A program made the position numbers and the translations under genes. A stretch of 54,199 nucleotides of DNA, the filler included, from Squatina squatina (Eukaryota): assembly GCA_031763465.1 (NCBI GenBank). It is 4 parts of 4 records of this genome, joined end to end, with 100 filler letters (N's around TTAATTAATTAA, not from the genome) between each part and the next. Parts side by side here need not be neighbours in the genome. Positions count along the whole stretch, not along the records: positions 27,281 to 41,583 come from JARFOE010000168.1; positions 41,684 to 54,199 come from JARFOE010000058.1; 2 more parts are not named here. One strand, given 5' to 3'. The notes under the pieces are model-generated. The model saw nothing but the letters and a program-made list of their open reading frames with translations, was not told where the DNA came from and ran no database searches. Positions 39,101 to 51,612 of this stretch are shown here, piece after piece; within the stretch, counting starts at the first letter, position 1; each line of letters starts with the position of its first letter.

Positions 39101-39926
39101 NNNNNNNNNNNNNNNNNNNNNNNNNNNNNNNNNNNNNNGTAACCATGCAAGTTACATTGTCTGGGGAGATCTTTCCTCAATTACTACATAGGATTGCCAT
39201 TAAATCGTGCATCTTTTCACAGCCGGTTGTATTAACTCTGCTGGTTTTCACAGTAACTGGTCTACTTCGAGATCCTTGCAGATTTCTGAAGTGCTACACG
39301 TTTAAACCCCATCAGTGACACTCAGAATGATAAACCATGCAACAAAAAAAAAAGATAAATATAATCAAGAGCATATGTGTGTCAAAAATAAGAACTTTTT
39401 TCTTTTTCTGTTCTTTACAACCAAGACTCTTTCACTTAAATATATACAAACGGCCACCACTAATCTGACCGGGAGTGGAATTACCAAGAGTTTATGGCTG
39501 CTTGGGCTTGGACTGAATGTTAACCTAATTGAGAGAAGCAAAGAACATGGTCTGGAACAGGGGCAATAGACCATATCATCTCCAGGCCAGGCTTGTGCTG
39601 GGAGAGGCAATAAGCTGTGCTCTTCTCCTCCTTGCTCCCTCCCGCCAACAGAGGGACAACTGGTCTTGGATTTGCTAGTCCTGCTTTTTGGATTTTTACA
39701 GCCGGTGCCAGCTTGGGTTTAGTCACAAAGGTGTAAACAAAAGCCTCTCAGAATCTTTTGGGCATCGCACAGAGATTTCTGATCGGCACGGAGCAACTTG
39801 CACAAACGGCCATAAACTCAACTGCCTCTTCTTAAGTAACTAGGTTCACTCTTAAATAGAAATCCCATTGGATGATATGTGAGAACAAGAAAGGAATCAA
39901 TGTTGTATTTAGAATTCACTCAGATG

Positions 39927-40013
39927 TCAGATAGGGTCGTCTCCTAAAACCTCTTTTACAAAGGAGGCCACATCTGTTTCATTGGCATCGTGTATTTTGA
40001 AGAAGGGGTGCTC
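39927..40013 (-). CDS. MAP2K3: MAP2K3/MAP2K6 terminal coding exon
   Basis: Minus strand: tttttttgttccaacag|GAGCAC...ATCTGA. Encodes EHPFFKIHDANETDVASFVKEVLGDDPI*; EHPFF and VKE.LG.D favour MAP2K3. Not in the ORF track. Confidence 0.85.
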   Translation of the reverse strand, partial: EHPFFKIHDANETDVASFVKEVLGDDPI

Positions 40014-40105
40014 CTGTTGGAACAAAAAAAGAAAATTTACTGTAAGACTGGCAAATGCAAATCACACATTCAAAATGCAAATGACAGTAGTAAAGGGCTT
40101 CTCAC

Positions 40106-40123
40106 CATAAGGTCAATGTAGTT
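40106..40123 (-). CDS. MAP2K3: MAP2K3/6 penultimate exon, visible 3' part (remainder in gap)
   Basis: AACTACATTGACCTTATG|gtgaga = NYIDLM (cf. SYLELM); 92-bp intron to the terminal exon, phase 0. Confidence 0.75.
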
Positions 40124-41232
40124 NNNNNNNNNNNNNNNNNNNNNNNNNNNNNNNNNNNNNNNNNNNNNNNNNNNNNNNNNNNNNNNNNNNNNNNNNNNNN
40201 NNNNNNNNNNNNNNNNNNNNNNNNNNNNNNNNNNNNNNNNNNNNNNNNNNNNNNNNNNNNNNNNNNNNNNNNNNNNNNNNNNNNNNNNNNNNNNNNNNNN
40301 NNNNNNNNNNNNNNNNNNNNNNNNNNNNNNNNNNNNNNNNNNNNNNNNNNNNNNNNNNNNNNNNNNNNNNNNNNNNNNNNNNNNNNNNNNNNNNNNNNNN
40401 NNNNNNNNNNNNNNNNNNNNNNNNNNNNNNNNNNNNNNNNNNNNNNNNNNNNNNNNNNNNNNNNNNNNNNNNNNNNNNNNNNNNNNNNNNNNNNNNNNNN
40501 NNNNNNNNNNNNNNNNNNNNNNNNNNNNNNNNNNNNNNNNNNNNNNNNNNNNNNNNNNNNNNNNNNNNNNNNNNNNNNNNNNNNNNNNNNNNNNNNNNNN
40601 NNNNNNNNNNNNNNNNNNNNNNNNNNNNNNNNNNNNNNNNNNNNNNNNNNNNNNNNNNNNNNNNNNNNNNNNNNNNNNNNNNNNNNNNNNNNNNNNNNNN
40701 NNNNNNNNNNNNNNNNNNNNTGTCAAATATCAGGGCAAGCATCAACACTCTCAAGATCATAGAACGAGCAAGAGCTCACTTATGCGAGTAGCTAGAAACA
40801 GATACTAAAATGTGTCTAGAGTAAATGAAGTCATCGTAGCAGTATCATCAATAATCAATTCATTATTGGGGAGTTATTGATGGTGATAACTTTTCATGAG
40901 TAGGAAGGATATGGCTATTTCTCTCCATCCCCAAGTTTGTTTTAAGAAATTAAAATTAATTTCTATATCAAACCATACATTCTCCAAAGTACTCGAACAA
41001 ATTTGACAAGCCGCAAGTGTAACTGATGTTAAATATCTAAGGAGCTACTTGGTTTCTTCATTTAAGTACTAAAACAATGACATTTAATATTTGCACAGTA
41101 TTAACTTCCCCCCACCTCCCCCTGCGAGCCAAGCAACAAGAACCGGATTTTCACACCGCTATAGTCTAGCCTGTTAAAAGTCCCAAGGCAAGAAGTAACA
41201 ATTAAACCTGTTTGTGTGCTTCACAGACTTAC

Positions 41233-41372
41233 CACTGCGCTGTGAAATCCACAAACTCCTTGGAGAAGCGGTCAGCGGGTAATTGTGGGGAAGGCTCTTC
41301 CACAACCTGCTTTAGCTGCTGGAACGGTGTCCCCCAGGATTCGTAGGGAAACCGTAGGATTGCTAATTCAAT
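41233..41372 (-). CDS. MAP2K3: MAP2K3/6 kinase-domain exon (140 bp)
   Basis: Minus strand: tgttgcag|ATTGAA...CAGTG|gtaagt. Encodes IELAILRFPYESWGTPFQQLKQVVEEPSPQLPADRFSKEFVDFTAQ(C). Not in the ORF track. Confidence 0.9.
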
Positions 41373-41627
41373 CTGCAACAATAATTTAAAAAATTAAAAT
41401 ACTTTTTTTTTTAAAAAATATGCACACATATACATACCCACGGATGTAATAATTAACTGCAACACTGCAGAAAAAAACAAGCTGTCACTCAGGTGTCTCT
41501 GGTACATGTAGTAGTTACAGCAATGGCAGTCTAACTGTATTCATATCTCTAATAAAAAACTGACCCTTAAATTTATTAATACANNNNNNNNNNNNNNNNN
41601 NNNNNNNNNNNNNNNNNNNNNNNNNNN

Positions 41628-41639
41628 TTAATTAATTAA
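41628..41639. other. Artificial six-frame-stop linker
   Basis: N44-TTAATTAATTAA-N44. Confidence 0.95.
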
Positions 41640-44600
41640 NNNNNNNNNNNNNNNNNNNNNNNNNNNNNNNNNNNNNNNNNNNNGATGAGGGCAGAATTGG
41701 GTATACCTTCTGCAATCGATTAGTTTGTGAATACTAACTAGTATATGTAAAATGTCAATTAACTGGTACTGGATGGCTGCTGACATCTGTGGAATTGTTA
41801 TTGATAGCGCACTTGCCACTGAGTCAGATCCGGTGGGTTCTGGTACATTATTGGAGGTGCAATCTTTCAGATGAGATGGTAAGCAAGATACTGTCTGCCT
41901 GATCAGGTGAATATTAAAGAAATATTGTAGGGAAGCAGTTGGGGGTGGTATTCTGGTTGAATAAGAAGAAATGAGCCAAGAGTCTTCCTCATACAAACAT
42001 ATCTTGTAATATGAATGCTCAGGTGTAAAATCTGCATCAGGAAATTGTGGAAATCTAAATATTATATATCACAAAGTCAAAATGATTTTTGATCGTGTAA
42101 TGTCTGGATTGGGATAATACTGGAAATCTTATAGTTTATGACATTATTCAAAATACATTCGTAATCATTATATTTTTCTCATTGTTTTTTCAAATTCCTG
42201 GTGGGTTCCATCAAGTTAGATAAATTTAATGTACAGAATGTCAATTGGGAGCAAAATAATTTTCTTTTTTTTTAAAAAAGGACTACAATAAAGTTGGTGC
42301 TACCTATAGTGTGTAGATTACTCAGACATAAATATAGGATTATTAGGTGAAAGAGTTAATGGATAGACTTATGCAGCAGTTGCCAGAATGCCAACCTTAA
42401 CAAATATTGACTGTAGAATAGGAAGATGATCCCGCTCCTTATTATTCTTTCACTCATGAAAAAGACCTTCATGTATCAAATAACATGCCATTTCCCGTGC
42501 GGTAGTGCTCACTCAGGAGTTTGAGATGCTCCATGATTGTGGTACTTTATTATTGTAAATATGTTAACCACCTGGTACCCATCTCTTAGGACCAGTTTGA
42601 TAGATTGTCCTGACACTGTAATATGTACTTATGCCTACTGTGGCTATCTGTCTTTTATTTAGGTGTAAATAAATGAGATTTAAAGTTCAATAAAAGATTG
42701 AGATCACATAAATTTGATACTCGCCATCCAATGCTGTATTTTTTTCTTTTGGGAATGCTCTAAGTATGTAAACTTGATCNNNNNNNNNNNNNNNNNNNNN
42801 NNNNNNNNNNNNNNNNNNNNNNNNNNNNNNNNNNNNNNNNNNNNNNNNNNNNNNNNNNNNNNNNNNNNNNNNNNNNNNNAGCCTTCACCATTAAGCTTCT
42901 CATCGGGTGAATGGTTACTTGGTGTTGCGTTGCAAAGATAACCATGCTCACCAATGCAGAGCACATCAACCAAATGTGGTCTGGCACCAAAAAGATTACT
43001 AATGATGTGCAAGCGTAGTACCCTGTGCTGTTGTGAGTGAGGAAAAGAAAAACGTTGGAATAAATGCCTCCTGTGGGGCTCCCTAAATCACAGGGCCTCT
43101 GCAATTGAATGGGAAATGTAGGCCTCCAGCCAAGCCTGCACTTGGATTGTTTTGCTTCCTTTTATGAAGAAGTGTAATGTGTGGAGACTACTTGTTGGCC
43201 TTGTGCTGCTCCTGTAATAAAGTGATAGCAGGCTTGGGTTAACACACTGCTCCAGGGATCGCTATCATCATATGAAAATTTCTACACGGCAAACTCTCCA
43301 AGTGTTCTACACAATAGTATGGGCAATAGGGATAATTGAAATGTTTGTTAGTTGAAATCATGCTGTGCAATGGTGGGTTGAAACTTCTGTTAAAATAGCC
43401 AACAGAAGAATATCGTAAGCAGTTATATGATAATATAACAGTGTAATTTTATGCCTGCTATTTTCTAAGCTGCTGCTTCAGAAATCAGGTCAGATATTGA
43501 AAGCAGGCAGTCTATTTAACCAGGCCGGCAACGTGTTCTGACTGTACTTTGAAGGACTTTACCCCACAACTTGTCAAAATTAACATCAAGCCATTTGTCA
43601 CCCCTGTGTAAATGCAGCATTTCACAGATTTGCAAAGAAACCAGAAATATCTCATTTTCCAACTTGCAGACATTTGCATTATGTCTAACAGAGACCACTG
43701 CCTGAGAAAAAAGATATCTCTAAATGCATCCATATTATCTATTTACCCTGCTTTCATTTTATGTACATTAATATTCTATACTTTCACATTCCTATTCCTG
43801 TCTGAATGTGTAGCCTGATTAAGAGCCCACGTTTCTGGCTACCGACCTCCGGGACCATAATGTTTTGTCTCTTCGTTCATTTTGACATTTGGATTCTGTA
43901 TCTTCTCGAAATGGGAGAAATTATACAGTGCAGGAAATGTAAAACTGAAAAACAACAGTGTTTTGTCAGATTCAGGCTTACATTTACACATTAAATTTTG
44001 AAAATTTCAGGTCCTGTCACCTGCTGTGCGATGGGGCCATCAGCACCTGTCACATTGTTAGCTGAAATGCCAAGCTTGATAATGGTATGACCTTAACANN
44101 NNNNNNNNNNNNNNNNNNNNNNNNNNNNNNNNNNNNNNNNNNNNNNNNNNNNNNNNNNNNNNNNNNNNNNNNNNNNNNNNNNNNNNNNNNNNNNNNNNAA
44201 GGGGACTAAGCCTGTGAGTAAAGTGAGTAGAGTGACCCGTGAGTACTTGGAGCCAACGTGGGGCATAGGAATACTTGTGGAGGACTTGAAGCACTCAGAT
44301 GAAGCCCTGGGGGCGATTGGGATAGGATTGGGACTTGAGAACACTCAAGTTGGTGAGCTTAAGGACACATTTTTCATTTTCTTCTTTGAGAGGAAAACAA
44401 TACAAAGACACTGGTTAGTAAAATGATAAAATCTAACACCAGATGGATGGCTTAAATTAAAATTAGACAAAAAGAACAACATCTGTAAGTAGAAAACTCC
44501 AATGGTAATCCCCTGGACATATACAGACCTAAGCAGGATAATAACTCTAATTAAGGGCCAAACCCCAATACCAAATCAAATACTAAATGTAACTGCAAAC

Positions 44601-44939
44601 CATAATCCTTACTATAATTCCTCCCTTAACACTAAACCTCAGCCCCAAATCCAAAACTCTCGTGCTTTAATTCTAACCCCTCCCCTGACCTTAACGACTA
44701 ACACTAATGCTGACCATGGCTCTGGGATCACTAACCCTAACGGGGCAGAGTGGTAAGATGGCAAAATGGGTGGTAGCAGATCAGCTGCCTGTAATGCACT
44801 CTGCCAAATTTTTGCTTCAGATTGAAGTTAATGGAAAGGAAAATCCAGCGTGGTGTATAACTGGACACCTCATCAGAACTCAAAGCTAAATGTTGATTAT
44901 CAGAAGCTGCCGACATGCATGGCTGAAATGAAAAGAACT

Positions 44940-45125
44940 TAACTGCAAATGTAGAAAATGTGAAATCAAAATGCACAGCATGTACATTGACATCGGAAAG
45001 AGAAAAGATAGGTTAACGCTTTGGGTGAAAACCTTTCATGATTTCTAGTTTCAGAAGTGATTCTGATGAAATGTCCTACCCAAAACATTAACCTGCTTTT
45101 GAACATTTTGTCTTCTCTCTTTTTC
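44940..45125. mobile_element. Inverted pair of Penelope-like terminal repeats with decayed hammerhead-like cores
   Basis: 45010-45040 and 45063-45094 are reverse complements; the right arm reads CTGATGA-aatgtcctacc-CAAAAC-ATT-aacc. Confidence 0.55.
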
Positions 45126-45739
45126 AGCCAACAAGTACTTTTCAGTCTCTGAGTGGAAAAGTGCACTTTCTACCTGAGGGAGACAGAAACCAGAAAGTAC
45201 CAAAATACAAGCTGTTGGAAAGGAAAATATGTCACAATGTCAATTCAGACTGTGAAGCGTAGATGCTCTAAAATGGGTGTTGAGACTGCCTGGAAGTTAC
45301 ATGAAGAAAAACTAAATAATGGATAGAAGGCAGGCAGCCCTTAGGGTTATTTAAACAGAGAATGCTGATGGATCCTGTAGTGTAGGTTAAATGCTTTGAT
45401 ACGGCACATTAGAGCTGCCGATGGGTCTATCTCATGAAAAGGAGTGTTTTCTATTATTCAATCACATGGAGTTGTTTCTTTTTTGTACTTGTACCACATA
45501 TGAAGTGAACATTCTCTTTCACTTTTTATTGTTTGTAGGTCATGGCAGTAGAGAAACAATCAGTATTGACTGATTTACTGAGTCTATTTATAATTGCACA
45601 TCATTTACCTGTATTACAAGTGTTGGCATGTTTTAATCAAAACTAAACCAAATGGTGAACTTGTCTGTGCAGCCAGAAATAGAATTATTAAAAAGGTTTT
45701 AACTGATCTGGTGGATAATCAGCTAAGATTTTTTTTCTT

Positions 45740-45990
45740 TCATTTTTCTACCCTCTTCCTTTCCTGGAGGTACTGGCTCTTGCTGGGTACAGTTCCATGC
45801 ACACCAATAGCTTTCTAGTACTATACCCAGATGGCCATTCATCAAGAGTGATCTTCGACAATGAGTGTCAGTAGGATATCCCACTGTGGAGAGCAGCACT
45901 GTTGAGTCCAATCCTGACCTTAACTGATGTTCACTTTTCAGCAGGGGTCAATTACTAACATTTTTTCTCCTCCCGAGACCTGAAGCAAGT
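45740..45990 (-). mobile_element. Ancient SINE-like repeat
   Basis: Reverse-complement relative of 20220-20548 (ctgggtacagttcca, tggccattc, gagtgtcagtagg, cagcaggggtca). Confidence 0.6.
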
Positions 45991-46019
45991 TACAAATTGC
46001 TAGCACAATTGCGATGCAG

Positions 46020-46169
46020 TAAAATGTGGATAAATGTGTAGTTATCCACTTTGGTGTGAAAAACAGAAAGGTAGAGTATTAATTAAATGGTGATATATTG
46101 GGAAATGTTGATGTGCAAAGGGGCCTGGGTGTCCTTGTACACCAGTCAATGAAAGCAAACAGGCAAGTG
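46020..46169 (+). mobile_element. CR1 ORF2 fragment
   Basis: NVDKCVVIHFG.KNRK.EY.LNG..LGNVDVQRGLGVLVHQSMK...QV. Confidence 0.85.
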
Positions 46170-47395
46170 NNNNNNNNNNNNNNNNNNNNNNNNNNNNNNN
46201 NNNNNNNNNNNNNNNNNNNNNNNNNNNNNNNNNNNNNNNNNNNNNNNNNNNNNNNNNNNNNNNNNNNNNGACTGCCTAAGAAGAGGATATAATTTACAGA
46301 GTACCTCAAGAATAAAGAAATCTTGTAGAACCCAAACTAAATGTTTCATTTTATGGCCACATGTTTATCCTAAATTAAATTATCTCCGTATATCCTGGAT
46401 GACAACCCCAAAACAGTTATGGCTAACATCACTTTTGGATTTTTTTTAATTAGAAATATTTCATATTAAATAATTTTGCATTGTTAGCACTTAACTACTT
46501 TGTGGTAATGTCCATTATAAGTATTATGCATAATTCACACTAATTCTTACAGACTTCTACCAGGCCTGACGCCAGTCTTCATGGTTTGATTGCAAATGGC
46601 TGGAGACTTTATGACTGGAATTGTTCTGCAAGCTGAAGTACTAGTCTAAAATGATGCCAGCAACTGCATCTAGCATTGTGGGAAGTGGGGGGTGGGGTGA
46701 AGTTACTTGTTGGATCAGAGTTTAATAACGTTTGACCCATGTCCTGTGTTGTGCTGCACACCACATGAAATGTGTTTCAAGGCTTTATTCCTAGTACTAC
46801 AAGCACACATGACTTGCAAAATTATATATTTTTAAATATATAATTGGTTCAGTTCAATTGATAAAAATACCAATAAGGAGGTGCCATGTACTTATTATGG
46901 GTTTTAGATTACATTGGATTGTTTTGGCATATGCCAAAGTGCTTGAGCAGACCACCGTGAGCTAAAACTAAGATAGATGCGCCTTTTCCAGCTCAATGTT
47001 TCCATTAGATTATGGGCATGGGCACCCTCATTTATTTTTCATCTGTTTTTGTAACCTTTTTTCCATTGCAACCTGTGTACTTTGATTTCACAGTAGCCCA
47101 TTTAATGGAGAGCACTGAAAGTGCTCTGAGACTGAGAGAAACCATATATTTATTGTGGATTTTTACAATGGTTCTCAGTCATACAATAGTTTTCAGTCAA
47201 TCTAGATGCTCATATATCCTTACTAGTTATCAAATTCAATTCAACAAATACAGAAGAAGCATCATAGTGGAAATGTTCCAGTGATGAGTAATGTCNNNNN
47301 NNNNNNNNNNNNNNNNNNNNNNNNNNNNNNNNNNNNNNNNNNNNNNNNNNNNNNNNNNNNNNNNNNNNNNNNNNNNNNNNNNNNNNNNNNNNNNN

Positions 47396-47668
47396 TCAGG
47401 ATGGCCGGCGGCCTCCCCTTTAAGGGAGGCCTGGCAGTGCTGCTGACGTCAGCACGCTGATGCGGTGCATCTGACATAACTGGCGTGGCACTGATGCCAC
47501 GTCAGCGACGTAACAGTCCAGCCGCCCCACTTGCATCCAGGAGAGCGCTGCGGCTCGCTGCACCCCAGAGCAATGAATTCTGGGGTGGGCGGGGCGGTTG
47601 TCGGCACGAGAAATGCCGGCTCCTGCCTTATAAGCGCCCCATGGGGCGCGAATCAATTTCGGCCCCTA
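47396..47668. mobile_element. GC/CpG-rich non-autonomous DNA transposon end
   Basis: CpG-rich block ending abruptly at AATTTCGGCCCC-TAA, consistent with a Harbinger-type terminus; other end in a gap. Confidence 0.45.
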
Positions 47669-48705
47669 ATTTTACGCTGGTAAAAGGTGGCCATCAGAAT
47701 TTCTCGGGCATTCACTGGACAGAAGTTATGCAAATTGTCCCACTCTCCGCCCGCAGAGGCCCTTTTCCCGGGGATGCTGAGAATCTGTCCAGAGAATTCT
47801 TGCCTAAACCTCAAACTTGTGCGGCCTCTACGGGCACATGTACACCTCATACGCACCTGTAGGGGCCACAGATTATGGCCCAATGTTTTACCAGATATGA
47901 TTGGTGTATCATCTAGAGCAAAATTTCTGTTCCCTGACTACGTATAGATCAAAGAAGCTCCCTGTGTCTGAGCTGTGTTTGAACCTCAGTTTCCTACACT
48001 TAATGTGGAAAGTCTGCTTCCATCTTTACTAGAAGTATTTTTAAAACACATATATCCAATGTAACGAAAATCATATTAAAAAATGGGAAAAAAACAGACA
48101 TTTTCCCTAATTGTGCAGTCTTCTTTAATCACAATGTCTTCACTTATAGATATTGTATTTTATGAGGTCCATAACTATCATTTAGAACTTAATAAAAGAA
48201 ATGATTAAGAAGTGTAAACAAAAGGGCATTTGCTCCAGTGACACAAGTAATTTAAACCTTTTCAATAGAATATGAACATGGTTGCCATGGTGCATTGTAA
48301 CCTGCAAATCCACAAAAGGGCTTTTTTATGCTAAGTATCCTTGCACTCATTGTGCAGTCTAATAAAACTGCTCGACAGTGAATCACGAGCTGCACTTTTA
48401 GAAAAACTAATTTAGTTATTATGTTTATGCAATTCGTTTTTTTTATTACTTTAACTTTTCGTCAAAGAATGGCATGTTATAATATTAATAATTTAGAAAC
48501 TCACTGTGCATTTCTTCCTTGCAGGAATACCCATTTTTTCTACAACATTAATTTTCAAATTGTACTTGATAAAATTATTATTATAAATGGAATTGAAAAG
48601 GTAAANNNNNNNNNNNNNNNNNNNNNNNNNNNNNNNNNNNNNNNNNNNNNNNNNNNNNNNNNNNNNNNNNNNNNNNNNNNNNNNNNNNNNNNNNNNNNNN
48701 NNNNN

Positions 48706-49302
48706 CAAAGTAACAGTAGCACTCAACTTCTACGCCAATGGATCATTTCAAGGTGCTACGGTTGACATCTCCAACATCTCCCATTAAGCAGTCTATTGCT
48801 CCATTAGACAGGTCACCAATGCACTCTACAGGAAAAGAAGGCAGTACATATCCTTCCCTTAGGGCCACCAGGATCAGCAAGAGAGAGCTGTAGGCTTTGC
48901 CAATATAGCCGGCTTCCCGAGGGTGCAGGGTGCCATCGGTTATGTCTCCCAAGCACAGCACTTGACAACACAATACCTCCTCACCCACCAATGATCTATG
49001 ATTTGACTGACCGAAGCAGTGCTTGTTTCTCCAGAACGAGCCCTGTTAAGGGCTGAGGTGTCCCTCCCCATGATTGCAGCTCCTTAGATCGGTTGCTGAA
49101 TTGGCCCGCTGAAACCAGTAAAGTTCCATTAGTGCCGATCAGGGGCCCATTAGTGCTGATTTCTGCACCAGTTTTTAAGCTGCCCAAAAAAAATTCTCAA
49201 AGACCCGAATACCGCGATTTAGCAAGATAGTGCAAAATGGGCGCAGAAATCATTGTTTTTGGTCCACTTACGTTTCAAACTCAAGGCAGACCAATTGGGC
49301 GC
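48706..49302 (+). mobile_element. Decayed Harbinger transposase fragment / deletion derivative
   Basis: KVTVALNFYANGSFQGATVDISNISH*AVYCSIRQVTNALYRKRRQYISFP, then after a frameshift RAVGFANIAGFPRVQGAI. Confidence 0.85.
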
Positions 49303-49500
49303 ATTTCATGACTTCAGGATGCCCCAAATGTCTTTACAAAGTGCTTTGCTTTTGCAGTGTAGTCACTGTTATAAATGTGGGAAAAGTGGCAGCCAATTTA
49401 TGCACAGCAAGATCCTACATACAGTAATGTGGTAATGACCAGATTATCTGTTTTACTGATGTTGGCTGAGGGGTTAATATTGGCGAGGACACCAGGGTAA
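49303..49500 (-). mobile_element. Deu-domain SINE (SacSINE1-like)
   Basis: gtgtagtcactgtt...ggcagccaattt.tgcacagcaagatcc...taatgaccagattatctgtttt...aatattggc.aggacacc. Confidence 0.8.
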
Positions 49501-50244
49501 ACTGGCACGGGTCGGGCTGCCAGCATTTCTTTCAAGAATGTCTAATTTTTAAAATGGAAAGAATGACTTTTGTCTCTACATGCTGGGAACTTGATTAGCT
49601 AATCTAAATTGACCTATCAGAAGCTAAGAACTCACTGGCCTTGAAATTACTCTGTGGGATATAAACATTCAAATGCTTAATGCATTGACATGAAATTCCT
49701 TTATCTACTTTTTTAATACAGATATTAACCCACTTAAAATATTTTACGATTTACACCTCCATTAAAATAGCACAAATAAAGAAATTTTATGCAACCGCAT
49801 TAAGCATTTGGCTACTAATATTCCTTAACGACAATTTCTAAGTTATAGTGAATCTTTGAATCTTCGGATATCTTTTTTGTTTGCCAATGATAAACAAATT
49901 GCAAAGTTATTCCATTCAGAGGGAATGTTATCAACTTTCACCAAATGGGCTCATCGCCCATTGTGGTCCCCGTGCCCATTTTCAGGGGTTATAGATTTTA
50001 GCCCCCTTACTTTTTTACCTTACACCAAGAAGAGATGCTCCATGGGACTCAAACATCAGGGGGCGAAATTTGGCACTTTTTGGTGCCTCTTTCGCACCTT
50101 AGGAAGATGTGATGGAGACACAAAAAAAACTTTTGGCGTTAAAAACCTGATTAGCGCCTCCCACAAAATTTGCCCCCCATTTTCTTTGGGGGTAAAAAAA
50201 TTTGCGCCTCCATAGCCCGGTGAGGTGCTATTTTTCGAGGCGCT

Positions 50245-50329
50245 AGCTGCCTGAACTGAATGAAATCAGTATTTGTAGGGAAATGGTGTTGGGGAAATTG
50301 ACGGGATTGAAGGCCGATAAATCCCCAGG
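50245..50329 (+). mobile_element. CR1 ORF2 fragment
   Basis: ELNEISICREMVLGKLTGLKADKSPG, truncated by a gap. Confidence 0.75.
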
Positions 50330-51431
50330 NNNNNNNNNNNNNNNNNNNNNNNNNNNNNNNNNNNNNNNNNNNNNNNNNNNNNNNNNNNNNNNNNNNNNNN
50401 NNNNNNNNNNNNNNNNNNNNNNNNNNNNNAAAATCATGCTAAATTTCTGTACTTTAAATTACCTACATTTTGTGCAGTACGAGCCCAATCTTGAATCTAG
50501 CACAGCACTTGTGTAATGAACCAGCAGAGTTCTGCACGGGAGTAGAGCTATAGAGCGTTGGAGGACACTGTGGGGTACATTTTATGATTTAATGCTCCCC
50601 AAGGTACAGTTTCAAATGACAAAAATGCATTTCAGGAATTCAGGTGGTGAGGCCAGTGCACCCCGCACCATGTTACATCCATAAAGATCCAAGGACATAG
50701 GAGGAGTGCATATAGGATCTGGCAATACCTTCGCCAGCACAGCCACCTGGATCTCAATGTCGAGCAGTACCTCAGGGGATTTGCCTGAGCAGTAAGCCAG
50801 TCATTTAGCTACACCATCAGTTTAAAGCAGACCGGCAGATGCAATTCGCCATTAGCACTGCAATGTCTATAGTGCTTAAAGTAACCACAGCCTTCAAATG
50901 TTATGCAATAAGTTAATTTCAGATGGCAATTGGTGCCCTGCCTGGCACAACTGCACAAGGGAGATCACAGATGCTCTTTCAGATATGCAAAACCTCCATC
51001 AACTTTACTATTGATCAGCAGCAGTAGTAGGAGAGGTAGGCAAACTTTTCCATTACAGTTGCTTCCCCAGAGGGTGGGACATCATGGACTGTACCCATGT
51101 AGTGATTTGTCTACCCTTTTACAATACTATGATATATGTAATTGGCCATCTCTGTGAACATTCAATTGGTAAGTGACCATTTTCAGAAGACCACACATAT
51201 TAATGAATAAATCTGGAAAGTTTGCACGGTAAATACATACTGCAGCGAACTTCTGTGTCCCAATTGTTTGAAGGTGAAAAAAGGCTTTAAGATCCTGGGG
51301 GACTTTGGCCCAGAGTGTCATTAAATATGTCAGGAGTAAGCATTCCAGCAGAGAGCAACTACGAGGAGGAACATGCAGAAACAAGAATCACGATTCAGCA
51401 CACATTTAGGCTACTGAAACAATACTTCTGC

Positions 51432-51612
51432 CCTCCACCCTATCACAGACCTTCCCCTTCGTTCTTTCCTGCCCACCCTCCCTGTTTCCTGGCTCCACTT
51501 GCTTATAAACTGTTACTTCGCTAACTTCTTCTGGTTCTGATGAAAGCTCATCGACCTGAAACGTTATTTCTCTCTCCTGACATGTTTCTAGCATTTCCTG
51601 TTTTTACTTCAG
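51432..51612 (+). mobile_element. Penelope-like terminal repeat inserted in the Harbinger fossil
   Basis: Pyrimidine-rich stretch, then ttctgatgaaag..catcgacctgaaacgtt...tttctagcatttcctgtttttacttc. Confidence 0.65.
51533..51570 (+). ncRNA. Minimal type I hammerhead ribozyme-like motif, probably decayed
   Basis: CTGATGA (51537-43), stem II agctc-atc-gacct (1 mismatch), GAAAC (51558-62), GTT; stem I pairing is weak. Confidence 0.45.

Noticed and set aside
36849-40760. 200-318 aa ORFs made mostly of X
   Set aside because: Produced by long N gaps; only the NYIDLM fragment is real coding sequence.
48525-48600. AG...GT-bounded 76-bp open segment (NTHFFYNINFQIVLDKIIIINGIEK)
   Set aside because: Extremely AT-rich, at a contig edge, no homolog recognised.
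50059-50178. GGGGGCGAAATTTG...CAAAATTTGCCCCCC inverted ends
   Set aside because: Probably a Harbinger-like MITE, but no TSD and unclear boundaries, so not listed as a feature.
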